Positions 34,682-43,495 of a DNA stretch of 64,000 bases are shown here, piece by piece. The stretch is taken from NCBI GenBank assembly GCA_964534375.1, contig CAZHPN010000007.1, positions 66-64,065 of the forward strand, given 5' to 3'. The stretch's first letter is position 1. Every line of letters begins with the position of its first letter. A program made the position numbers and the translations under genes. The DNA is from an uncultured bacterium. GTDB lineage: Bacteria > Lernaellota > Lernaellaia > Lernaellales > Lernaellaceae. The notes under the pieces were generated by a model, which ran no database searches, had not been told where the DNA came from, and saw nothing but the letters and a program-made list of their open reading frames with translations.

Positions 34682-36871
34682 ATGACCGAATCCAAAACCG
34701 ACGCCCGCGCGGCATTACACACGACGGCGCGAACGCTCGTTCTGGTCCCCGCCCTGGGCGCGCTGCTCCTGTTTCCCCACTTTGTTCTCGCGGTGTTTTT
34801 CGAGAAACTGCGGACCGGCATCTTACTGGTCCCCGTCGGCGGCGTATGGGATCTGCCATTGCCGGATTCCCCCGGGTTCTGGACCGAAGCGCTGGCGAGC
34901 GCAGTTTTGCTGTTGCGCGTCGCGGTGCGGCGCCGCAAAGACCCCTGGACGGTGCAAGCGCCGCTTTTCTCGTACGGCCTTTTATTCGGCCTCTGCGCGT
35001 TTCTCGAAGGCTGCGGCATTTTCGTCGGCCGTTCGGCGTATCGCGCGCTCCTGTCGCTGGTCGGCGTCAGTTTCCTTTTGACCTGCGTCGCCGGTTTCGC
35101 GGTCATTGCGAAGGCTTCCAATACCGAGCGCCGGCGGCGGATCGAAACGGCCGCCGGGGCGCCACCCGCGGCCGCGGCGCGCAGCATGTTGCACCTTCGC
35201 GCGGTCGCTTTTCTTTTTGTCTTGGTTCCCATGGCAGTTCTTGGTCTGCAACGGGGAATCGACGAGGCGCTTACGCTGTTGGGCGACCGGTTCCCGGGAT
35301 CGGCGGCCAGGCCGGAAATGGTGAGAATCCCCGGCGGCAGTTTCCTCATGGGCTGTTCGCCAGGCGACACGGACTGTGGCGAGATGGGGCACGATCCGAG
35401 CGGGCCGCACTGCAAAGACGCCGAGTGCGCCTTTCAGCGTTACCAACGCGAGCACGGCGACATTCATCACCCTGACGGCGACCATTGGTGGTTGCGGTAT
35501 GACGCCGAAGAGCCGGCGCATTGGGTGACGATCAGCAGTTTCTGGATGGATACGGCGCCGGTGACGCAGGCGCAATATCAGGCGGTGATGGGAAAAAACC
35601 CGAGCCGGTTCAAGGGACGCAACCGGCCGGTGGAAAGCGTCGAATGGCCCGACGCCCGCAGCTATTGCGAGTTGGTCGGCAAACGCTTGCCCACCGAGGC
35701 GGAGTGGGAATACGCCGCGCGCGGCGGAAGGACCGGGCCGCGCTACGGCAAACTCGACGACATCGCCTGGTGCGGGCCGGTGATGGGCCGCTGGGGAACG
35801 CATTCCGTCGCCACGAAACAACCCAATGCCTTCGGCCTCTATGACATGCTGGGAAATGTGCGGCAATGGTGCTCCGACTGGTTCGACCACGGATATTACG
35901 AGCGCTCGCCCGCCGAAGATCCGAAAGGTCCGACGGACCCGCCGTTCAACCACCGGCACTCCATCTTTCACGTCGTGCGCGGCGCCGGCTGTGACGATCC
36001 GCCGGGCCACGTTCGCGTCTCCAGGCGCACCGGCTGGATTTTTTCGCACGTGGGTTTTCGTTGCGCTCGCGATGTCGATGCCGCCCTCGCCGCGCCCCCG
36101 CCGCCGGCGGCGGCATTCCAATTCGTTTCGATCCAGCCGGGCAGCTTCTTCATGGGCTCGCCGCCCGACGAGCCGGCGCGAACACGCGGCGAAACGCAAC
36201 ATCAAGTCACGCTGACCAAAGGCTTTCTAATGAGCGCGACCGAAGTGACGCAAGGTCAATGGAAAAGCGTAATGGGCGTCAACCCCAGCGATTTTGTCGG
36301 GTGCGGCGACAACTGCCCGGTCGACCGCGTGACATGGTTCGACGCCGTTGAATTCTGCAACAAATTATCGGACCGCGAAGGCCTGACGCGCTGCTATAGC
36401 GGCTCGGGCAAGTCGGTAAAATGGGACCGGTCCTGCACCGGCTACCGCTTGCCGACCGAGGCAGAATGGGAATACGCCGCCCGCGCCGGCACGACAACCC
36501 GGTTCAACACCGGCGACTGCCTGGCGCCGGACCAAGCAAATTTCCTCGATATGCCGGCCGCGGGTTGCCCGAAAATTGAGAAGCCAGGCCTCAGCTATCC
36601 CGTCGCTGTCGCCAGTTACCCGCCGAACTCGTGGGGTCTCTACGACATGCACGGCAACGTCGCGGAATGGGTGTGGGACTGGCGCGCCGATTATCCGTCC
36701 GGCCCGGCCGTCGATCCGACCGCGGCGGCAACAGGAGACTACAAAGTCTGGAGGGGCGGCAGCGCAAAAACAGTCGCCGACAGTTGTCGGTCGGCATCGC
36801 GCAGTTATGGCATCAGTCCCGATGCGCAAGACTCCGCCATCGGCTTGCGTATCGTCCGCACTCTGCCGTAG
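34682..36871 (+). CDS. Membrane-anchored protein with two FGE-sulfatase (SUMF1) domains
   Basis: N-terminal TM helices; twice IxxGSFxMG...RLPTEAEWEYAAR...PNxxGLYDMxGNV..W...RG...GxR. Confidence 0.9.
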   Translation: MTESKTDARAALHTTARTLVLVPALGALLLFPHFVLAVFFEKLRTGILLVPVGGVWDLPLPDSPGFWTEALASAVLLLRVAVRRRKDPWTVQAPLFSYGLLFGLCAFLEGCGIFVGRSAYRALLSLVGVSFLLTCVAGFAVIAKASNTERRRRIETAAGAPPAAAARSMLHLRAVAFLFVLVPMAVLGLQRGIDEALTLLGDRFPGSAARPEMVRIPGGSFLMGCSPGDTDCGEMGHDPSGPHCKDAECAFQRYQREHGDIHHPDGDHWWLRYDAEEPAHWVTISSFWMDTAPVTQAQYQAVMGKNPSRFKGRNRPVESVEWPDARSYCELVGKRLPTEAEWEYAARGGRTGPRYGKLDDIAWCGPVMGRWGTHSVATKQPNAFGLYDMLGNVRQWCSDWFDHGYYERSPAEDPKGPTDPPFNHRHSIFHVVRGAGCDDPPGHVRVSRRTGWIFSHVGFRCARDVDAALAAPPPPAAAFQFVSIQPGSFFMGSPPDEPARTRGETQHQVTLTKGFLMSATEVTQGQWKSVMGVNPSDFVGCGDNCPVDRVTWFDAVEFCNKLSDREGLTRCYSGSGKSVKWDRSCTGYRLPTEAEWEYAARAGTTTRFNTGDCLAPDQANFLDMPAAGCPKIEKPGLSYPVAVASYPPNSWGLYDMHGNVAEWVWDWRADYPSGPAVDPTAAATGDYKVWRGGSAKTVADSCRSASRSYGISPDAQDSAIGLRIVRTLP

Positions 36872-36985
36872 ACCGGCGCCCGAACCCGGCTCGCTCGAAA
36901 TGACACCTCGCAAGGCGATCACGTATCGACAACGGGCGCAACCCAATACGCGGGAAATATTTTTTGACTCACGCGGAGAATGTGG

Positions 36986-37069
36986 GAAGCCGAACCCCGA
37001 ACCCCGGAACCCGGAACCCGAACCGCGAATCCCTTTGTGTCTTCCGTGCCCTCCTCTGTGCCCTCGGTG
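36986..37069. repeat. Composite element: GAACCC(C/G) 7-mer array plus CTCTGTG-type 9-mer array
   Basis: About 7 heptamer units at 36986-37033, then TTTGTGTC TTCCGTGCC CTCCTCTGTGCC CTCGGTG. Confidence 0.85.
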
Positions 37070-37091
37070 ATTCCAGTTACATCCCCAACTG

Positions 37092-38639
37092 TCACCCCCG
37101 CGCCGACTGCCCGCCGTTGTGCGCTTGCCGCCACCAATCGAACCAGGCCATGCCGGCCAGCACGCGCACGGCTTTTTCGGGCGTGTTGAAGGCGACGATG
37201 TGTTTGCCGTCGCCGGTGGGAATCACCACCTGATTGTGCCGGCGGTCGAGCGAGACGTTCATGATCGGCTTGCCGTATTTTTTCGTCAGCCGCGCGATTT
37301 CGGACCGCAACGTCATTTCGATCCCGCTGGCCATCGCCTCGAATTGCGCGACCGTTTCCGCATTCATGGCGTTGGGCGCCACCGCGTGCGCGACCGTGCC
37401 GATTTCGCGGGCGATCGACGACGCGCCGATGCAGCCCAGCGTGATCACGGCGTCGAACGCGTCGGATGCGACAGTCGCCTCGATCGCCGAGACGTACAGG
37501 TCGATTTCGACCGTACCGACCAGATCGATCGGATTGGCGCGGCTCCAATACGACGGCAACTGCTTGTCGAGCAGCGCAACGATTTCCGCGGGCAAGGCGG
37601 GCAGCCGCAACCGGTACTCCTTGCACAAATCGGTCGCGACGACGCCCCAGCCGCCGCCGACCGTAACGATCGCGACGCGATTGCCGTGCGGCAACGGCAG
37701 GTTTTCGACGCCGGCCGCGCCGTCGATGAGGTCCATCGGGTTCTTGACGAGCATGATGCCGGCCTGGCGCATCGCCCCGTCCCACACCTCGCGGCTGCCG
37801 GCGAGCGCTCCGGTGTGGCTCGACGCCGCCTTCGCGCCTTCCTTCGTGCGGCCGCTTTTCAGCATGACGATCGGCTTCTTCGCCGCGACGGTGCGCGCCA
37901 CCTGCAGGAAGCCGCGGCCGTCGTCGATTCCTTCCAGATAGACCAGGATCGCATCGGTCGTGTCGTCCTGCCCGAGATACGCCAGCAGGTCCGTGCAGGT
38001 GATGTCGCCCTCGTTGCCCGAGCCGAAAAATTTGTTGACGCCGACGCCCTGTTGCTCGGCCCACATCATCACCTGGCCGCCCAGATTGCCGCTCTGGCTG
38101 ATCATGCTGATGCCGCCCACTGGCGGCATCGCCACCGCGCCGGTCATGAACAGCTTTTGCCGGGTGGAGATCATCCCCATGGTGTTCGGCCCGAGGGTCC
38201 GCATTCCCGCGGCGCGCGCCGCGGCGACGACCTCATCCTCCAGTGCGCGGCCCTCCGCGCCGGTCTCGCTGAAGCCGGAGGTGACGATCACCAGATTGTT
38301 GACGCCGGCGGCCCCGCATTCGCGCACGGCCGCGAGCACTTTGTCCTTCGGCAGGGTGATGAAGGCCAGATCGACCGGGCCGGGGCAGTCGCGCAGGCTC
38401 TTGTACGCCGGCCGTTCGAGAATCGTCGCGCGGTTCGGATTGATCGGGTACACCGGACCTTCGAAGCCGCCGTTCAGCAAATTGGCGGTCAGCAAGCCGC
38501 CCCATTTGACGAATTGTTCGCTGGCGCCCAGAATGGCCACGCTTTTGGGATAACAAAGCTGGTCGAGCTTGCGGAACAAGTCTTTCGCATCGGCCCCGGC
38601 GCGTTCGCCGGCCGCTTCTTGGTTCATTGTTGTCCTCAC
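37092..38639 (-). CDS. NDP-forming acyl-CoA synthetase, alpha-type subunit (CoA-binding plus ligase domains)
   Basis: SVAILGAS, VYPINP, LGPNTMG, ISQSG, GNEGD, KSGRT, SHTGALAG (phospho-His), NPIDL. Confidence 0.9.
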   Translation of the reverse strand: MRTTMNQEAAGERAGADAKDLFRKLDQLCYPKSVAILGASEQFVKWGGLLTANLLNGGFEGPVYPINPNRATILERPAYKSLRDCPGPVDLAFITLPKDKVLAAVRECGAAGVNNLVIVTSGFSETGAEGRALEDEVVAAARAAGMRTLGPNTMGMISTRQKLFMTGAVAMPPVGGISMISQSGNLGGQVMMWAEQQGVGVNKFFGSGNEGDITCTDLLAYLGQDDTTDAILVYLEGIDDGRGFLQVARTVAAKKPIVMLKSGRTKEGAKAASSHTGALAGSREVWDGAMRQAGIMLVKNPMDLIDGAAGVENLPLPHGNRVAIVTVGGGWGVVATDLCKEYRLRLPALPAEIVALLDKQLPSYWSRANPIDLVGTVEIDLYVSAIEATVASDAFDAVITLGCIGASSIAREIGTVAHAVAPNAMNAETVAQFEAMASGIEMTLRSEIARLTKKYGKPIMNVSLDRRHNQVVIPTGDGKHIVAFNTPEKAVRVLAGMAWFDWWRQAHNGGQSARG

Positions 38640-38719
38640 CTTTAATGACGCGGCGTGTCGGGATTTTAGGCGGAACGCGTCCGCGCGGCAAGTCGTCGAA
38701 ATCGGGTCGGCCCGCCCCT

Positions 38720-38748
38720 TTGACGCACCGCGGCGGGGCTCCTAGAAT
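38720..38748 (+). promoter_or_regulatory. Putative sigma70 promoter of glpD
   Basis: TTGACG-17 bp-TAGAAT; GGAGG before ATG 38778. Confidence 0.75.
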
Positions 38749-38777
38749 GGCGAAAAATTCGCCGGAGGCCCCGCACC

Positions 38778-40424
38778 ATGAAGCGCGATTTGAAAAAGAT
38801 GGCCGGAACGCAATTCGACGTGTTGTTCATCGGCGGCGGCGTGACCGGCGCGGCGGCGGCGTACGACGCCGCACAACGCGGCTTGCGCGTTGGGCTGGTG
38901 GAGAAGCGCGACTTCGGCTGGGCGACGAGCGCGGCCACGAGCAAGTTGGTCCATGGCGGCTTGCGCTACCTGCAAAACCTCGAATTCGGGCTGGTGCGCG
39001 AGAGCTTGCGCGAACGCCGCGTGCTGACGCTGATCGCGCCGCATCTGGTCGCGCCGGCGCCGTTCCTGGTGCCGACGTACCGCTACTCGACGAACAATCT
39101 GCCGATGATCGCCGCCGGCATGGCGCTCTATGAAATGCTCAGCTTCGACAAGGGTTGGCTGGAGGACCACGCGCGGCAGGCGCCGTCGTTCCGGCTGTTG
39201 TCGAAGAGCAGCGTCTTGGTGGAAGCGCCCGGCGTCGACCCGCGCGATTTGACCGGCGGCGCGCTCTTCTACGACTGCCAGATGCAAAGCCCCACCCGCG
39301 TGACGCTCGAATTCATCATGGCGGCGGCGGCGAACGGCGCCCAGGTGGCGAACTACGCCCAGGTCGAGGGTCTTCTGACCGAGGGCCGCCGGATCGTCGG
39401 CGCGAAGGTGCGAGACATGGAGACCGGGGAACCGTGCGAGATGCGCGCCCACCTGACGGCGAACGTCGCCGGACCGTGGGCGGATTTCGTATCGGAAATG
39501 GCGCTGGGCGGCGACAAGAAGAGCCTGATCCGCAGCCAGGGCATCCACCTGATTTTCCGCCGGGTCGTCAAAGACCACGCGGTCGTGTTGCGCACCCGGA
39601 GCGGCCGGCATTTCTTCCTGATCCCGTGGCGCGGTCTGACGCTTGCCGGCACGACCGACACGCGGTTCGCGGGCCATCCGGACGAATACGGCGTGACGAA
39701 AAAAGCCGCACAGGAATTCGTCAACGAGATCAACGAGGTCTATCCGTCGGCCAAGCTGACGCTCGATGAAGTTTCCTGGACGTACGGCGGGCTGCGGCCG
39801 ATCGTCGAGAAAGAGACGGATGTCCAGGTGGAGGTCTACAAGGCCAGCCGCAAATACGAAATTTATGACCACGCCAAAGAGGACAAACTCGACGGCTTCG
39901 TGACGGTCATCGGCGGCAAATACACCACCAGCCGCCATCTCGCCGAACAATTGGTCGATCTCGCCGAACGCAAACTCGGCAAACCCGCCTCGCCCTGCCG
40001 CACGGCGCGCATGCCGCTGCCCGGCGGCGATATTCGCCGTTGGCGCGATTTCCTGATCGACGGCAATCGGCGGCATCCGGCGGTCGGCGAAGAAATGGTC
40101 CGCGAATTGAGCGAGATTTACGGCTCGCGTCGCGAACGCGTTTTCGCCCGGCTGGACGACCCCGCGCTCGGGCGTCGGCTCGACGAACGGCGCGCGTTGC
40201 CGGCGGCGGTCGTCGCCGAAGCCGTCGAGACCGAGATGGCGCAGACGCTCGAAGACATCCTCTGGCGGCGCACGACGCTCGGCGACGCCGGCCTGCTGAC
40301 CGACGAAGCCGTGAACGGCGCGGCCGCAATCGCCGCCGCCCGCCTGGGATGGGACAAACGCCGCTCCGCCATGGAAATCAAGACGACCTTTGACCGTCTG
40401 GCGCGGCGCAACATGATCGATTGA
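38778..40424 (+). CDS. glpD: FAD-dependent glycerol-3-phosphate dehydrogenase/oxidase
   Basis: IGGGVTG, SKLVHGGLRYL, SQGIHL, GTTD, GLRP, GGKYTTSR. Confidence 0.9.
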   Translation: MKRDLKKMAGTQFDVLFIGGGVTGAAAAYDAAQRGLRVGLVEKRDFGWATSAATSKLVHGGLRYLQNLEFGLVRESLRERRVLTLIAPHLVAPAPFLVPTYRYSTNNLPMIAAGMALYEMLSFDKGWLEDHARQAPSFRLLSKSSVLVEAPGVDPRDLTGGALFYDCQMQSPTRVTLEFIMAAAANGAQVANYAQVEGLLTEGRRIVGAKVRDMETGEPCEMRAHLTANVAGPWADFVSEMALGGDKKSLIRSQGIHLIFRRVVKDHAVVLRTRSGRHFFLIPWRGLTLAGTTDTRFAGHPDEYGVTKKAAQEFVNEINEVYPSAKLTLDEVSWTYGGLRPIVEKETDVQVEVYKASRKYEIYDHAKEDKLDGFVTVIGGKYTTSRHLAEQLVDLAERKLGKPASPCRTARMPLPGGDIRRWRDFLIDGNRRHPAVGEEMVRELSEIYGSRRERVFARLDDPALGRRLDERRALPAAVVAEAVETEMAQTLEDILWRRTTLGDAGLLTDEAVNGAAAIAAARLGWDKRRSAMEIKTTFDRLARRNMID

Positions 40425-40493
40425 CGCTTTGCACTCGTCGCCGCCGCGACCGATGGCGATCGAGCCTGCCGCAGGAAGATTTTGATCGTTTAG

Positions 40494-40637
40494 CCATAGA
40501 TTGCGCAGATTTACGCAGATGCACGGGCCGCGGATGGCGCTCGATAGGGCGGAATCCGTCATGGCCCGCGCCATATCTGCGTCCATCTGCGTTCATCTGC
40601 GGCCAAAAGAACCTTGGGTTGCGGCCGCGGGCCGCAC
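40494..40637. repeat. Long hairpin element with 10-mer inverted arms, plus an adjacent small hairpin
   Basis: Left CCATAGATTG CGCAGATTTA CGCAGATGCA; right CATATCTGCG TCCATCTGCG TTCATCTGCG; inner CGGGCC/GGCCCG and CGGAT/ATCCG pairs; TGCGGCC-GCG-GGCCGCA at 40620-40636. Confidence 0.85.
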
Positions 40638-41047
40638 TGCGACTCTGTGGTTCAATCCTGAAAGCGCCGCTGCAGACCGGCGGACGCGTGGAATGTCTCG
40701 GCCGCGGACCGGGCGCGACGTGGCGGAAAAGAGGCAATGTCCTCAAGAGAGGGTAATAATGAGGGTACAATGATTCCGCGACGTCGTTCGCGATGGAGGG
40801 CCTTGGTCTTCAATTTCCAACAAGGATTGGTCGCGGCAAACCGCGGGGGCAAAATGAACCGAATTTGCCGAGAGTTCCGCTTTCCGCGCCCCGAAAGGCC
40901 TTTGCGAGCGCATCACACGTCGCCGCCGACAGCGGGTCAAGACCCGTGATTCGAATCGGCATGCGAAGCGCGTGAAACGGCCGGCCGCGCCGGAGCCGTG
41001 CGAAGGCGGGGGCGCAACGGAATCGCGATCGCCGAACGCGGAGCAAC

Positions 41048-41077
41048 ATTGACAAGCGCCGGCGGGGCGTCAATATT
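41048..41077 (+). promoter_or_regulatory. hicBA promoter with overlapping palindrome
   Basis: TTGACA (41049)-17 bp-AATATT; ATTGAC (41048-53) and GTCAAT (41069-74) are inverted. Confidence 0.65.
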
Positions 41078-41101
41078 GGGCCGTGCGAAAGGGTGTGAAA
41101 A

Positions 41102-41347
41102 ATGCCGGTTAAAGTGCTTTCTTATACGGTGCTGTTCGAGCCTGCCGACGAAGGCGGTTACTGCGCTTATGTGCCGGCGCTTCCCGGCTGTTTCTCGCAA
41201 GGCGAAACGTTGGAAGAAGCGCGGGCGATGATTCGCGAGGCCATCGAAGGACACCTGGATTCGCTGGTCCGACATGGCGAGGCCATTCCCATCGAGCCGG
41301 CCGAACCGGTCACCGAAAGAATTGAAATTCGCGTCAAAGTGGCGTGA
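41102..41347 (+). CDS. hicB: HicB family antitoxin (short form)
   Basis: YTVLFEPADEGGYCAYVPALPGCFSQGETLEEARAMIREAI. Confidence 0.92.
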   Translation: MPVKVLSYTVLFEPADEGGYCAYVPALPGCFSQGETLEEARAMIREAIEGHLDSLVRHGEAIPIEPAEPVTERIEIRVKVA

Positions 41348-41353
41348 CCGCGG

Positions 41354-41581
41354 ATGCCGCGCCTGCCAAATCTCAAATCGCGCCAAGTCATTTCGGCATT
41401 GCAAAAAGCGGGCTTTTACATCGATCGGCAGAAGGGCAGCCACGTGCAGATGCGACGCCAGGATCGGCCCGGCGTAATCACAGTGCCGAACCACCCGGGC
41501 GCCGATGTGAAAAAGGGCATTCTCAACTCGATCATCGCCGCGTCGGGCCTGTCGGTCGAGGATTTCCTCGCGCTGCTTTAG
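41354..41581 (+). CDS. hicA: HicA family mRNA interferase toxin
   Basis: LQKAGF..DRQKGSHVQM, ITVPNH, GILNSII. Confidence 0.92.
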   Translation: MPRLPNLKSRQVISALQKAGFYIDRQKGSHVQMRRQDRPGVITVPNHPGADVKKGILNSIIAASGLSVEDFLALL

Positions 41582-41648
41582 CGTCGGACGGACGCCCAGG
41601 AAACGGATTCTCGCACGGCGGTCGGCACGGCAACGAACCGCCGTCAAA

Positions 41649-41677
41649 TTGACACTCCTTCCCCGGGTGGGTACTTT
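41649..41677 (+). promoter_or_regulatory. Putative sigma70 promoter of the ABC-2 exporter operon
   Basis: TTGACA-17 bp-TACTTT. Confidence 0.7.
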
Positions 41678-41706
41678 GAAGAGGTTATTCTCGGGAAGTG
41701 AGGATC

Positions 41707-42687
41707 ATGAGTTTAGCTATTGAAACTGTCGACCTGGTTCGCACCTTCAAGAAACGGCGCGGCGAGGTCTTTTCGGCGCTCGACAAAGTGAATCTCGAGG
41801 TGCGGCCGGGTGAGGTGTTCGGGTTGCTCGGGCCGAACGGCGCCGGCAAGACGACGTTGATCAAGATTCTCGTCACGTTGTTGTACCCGACCTCCGGCCG
41901 CGCGATCGTCGCCGGCTGCGACGTAGTGAAGGAAACCGATCGCCTGCGCGGGCTGATCGGCATGGTCAGCGGCGGCGAAACCAGCGGCTACGGCATTCTC
42001 ACCGTGCGCGAAAACATCTGGATGTTCAGCCAGTTTTACGGCATGCCGAGCCGCCTGGCGAAAGAGCGCATCGACGGCTATCTCCAGCGCTTCGGCCTCG
42101 CCGGCGACGCCAAGACGAAGGTCAACAAGCTGTCGACCGGTATGCGGCAGAAGATGAACATCATCCGCGGCTTCGTCACCGATCCGCGCATCCTCTTTCT
42201 CGACGAGCCGACGCTGGGCCTCGACGTGCACATCGCGCGCGAGGTCCGCGCCTATATCAAAGAATGGATGGCCGAAAACCGCGACCGCAACATTCTGCTG
42301 ACGACGCATTACATGGCCGAGGCCGAGGAGTTGTGCGATCGCATCGCGATCATCGACAACGGCCGCATCATCGCCTGCGACACCCCGGCGGCGTTGCGCG
42401 CGACGCTCGGCAAGGGCGGCTCGTTCACGCTCTCACTCGCGCCCGCGCCGGCCGACGCCTCGCTGGTCGAAGGCGTGCCCGGCGTGTCCGGCGCCTACGT
42501 TGCGCAGACCGACGGCGGCGCCGAAGGCGTGCTGCGTTTCCAACTCAACGACGACACGCGGCTGGCCGAGATCTTCGCGGCCGCCAGCCGGGCCGGCCTG
42601 ACCGTGCGCGAGTTCTCGAAACGGCAGCCGGACCTCGAAGATCTGTTCATGAAGGTCGTCGGCCGGCGCTTGCATGAAGACGAATAA
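41707..42687 (+). CDS. ABC-2 (DrrA-like) ATP-binding protein
   Basis: GPNGAGKTT, LSTGMRQK, FLDEPTLGLD, TTHYMAEAEELCDRIAII. Confidence 0.95.
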   Translation: MSLAIETVDLVRTFKKRRGEVFSALDKVNLEVRPGEVFGLLGPNGAGKTTLIKILVTLLYPTSGRAIVAGCDVVKETDRLRGLIGMVSGGETSGYGILTVRENIWMFSQFYGMPSRLAKERIDGYLQRFGLAGDAKTKVNKLSTGMRQKMNIIRGFVTDPRILFLDEPTLGLDVHIAREVRAYIKEWMAENRDRNILLTTHYMAEAEELCDRIAIIDNGRIIACDTPAALRATLGKGGSFTLSLAPAPADASLVEGVPGVSGAYVAQTDGGAEGVLRFQLNDDTRLAEIFAAASRAGLTVREFSKRQPDLEDLFMKVVGRRLHEDE

Positions 42688-43495
42688 GTTCATCGCCGCG
42701 TTGCGGGCGATCAAAGCCCGCGCCTACGTCCGCATCGTCGGCGGCAACCGCGAACTGTCGTGGATGATCAGCGAAGTCGGCCTCCCGATCATTTCGCTCG
42801 CCGCCTACATTTTCGTGTACCGCAGCCTCGGCGCGCCGCCGCAATACGAGGGCCTGGTGGTCCTCGGCGGCGCGATGATTCCGTTCTGGGTCGGCGTGCT
42901 CTGGGGCATGGCCTCGCAATTTTATTGGGAAAAAGAAACCGGCAATCTCGATTTGTTCATGGCCTCGCCGATGCACCCGGCGTGGCTGCTGCTGGGCATG
43001 GCGACCGGCGGCATGTTCATGAGCGCCGTGCGCGCGCTCGGCGTGCTGGCCATCGGCGTCTTCGTCTTCGGCGTGCATTTCACGCCGCATCAGCCGCTGC
43101 TGCTCCTGACCGTATTTCTGCTCACGCTGACGGCGCTTTTTTCGCTCGGCATGGCGGCGTCGAGCGTTTACTTCCTCGTCGGCCGCCTTGGTTTGAAACT
43201 GAATATGATCCTGATGGAGCCGGTATATTTTCTTTCGGGCCTGTTTTTCCCGGTCAATAAGTTCGCGCGGCCGTTGCTGCTCATTGCGGCGGCGATCCCC
43301 TTGACCCTCGGGCTCGACGGCGTCCGTCAACTGCTGCTGCCGCGGGGGCTGGGCATCGGCTTTTTGTCGCCGTACGCGGAGGCGTCGATCCTGGCGGCGA
43401 TGACGGTCGTCTTCACGATCGGCGCCGTACGGCTGATGCGCCGCCTCGAAGCCAAAGGCAAACGCGACGGCACGATGTCGCTGCGGTGGGAATGA
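42674..43495 (+). CDS. ABC-2 type permease
   Basis: About 6 TM helices; EKETGNL; overlaps the ATPase 3' end. Confidence 0.85.
   Translation: MKTNKFIAALRAIKARAYVRIVGGNRELSWMISEVGLPIISLAAYIFVYRSLGAPPQYEGLVVLGGAMIPFWVGVLWGMASQFYWEKETGNLDLFMASPMHPAWLLLGMATGGMFMSAVRALGVLAIGVFVFGVHFTPHQPLLLLTVFLLTLTALFSLGMAASSVYFLVGRLGLKLNMILMEPVYFLSGLFFPVNKFARPLLLIAAAIPLTLGLDGVRQLLLPRGLGIGFLSPYAEASILAAMTVVFTIGAVRLMRRLEAKGKRDGTMSLRWE

Noticed and set aside
40825-40865. GGCAAACC...GGGGCAAAA resembling a c-di-GMP-I riboswitch
   Set aside because: There is no room for the P2 stem and tetraloop between the two motifs, and no suitably placed downstream gene.
40737-40949. 70-aa ORF with AGAGG upstream
   Set aside because: No recognisable motif and atypical codon pattern; cannot be supported as a gene.
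40430-41690. hicBA region as an IS, prophage or integrative element
   Set aside because: No transposase, integrase or phage gene, and no clear att-like direct repeat was seen.
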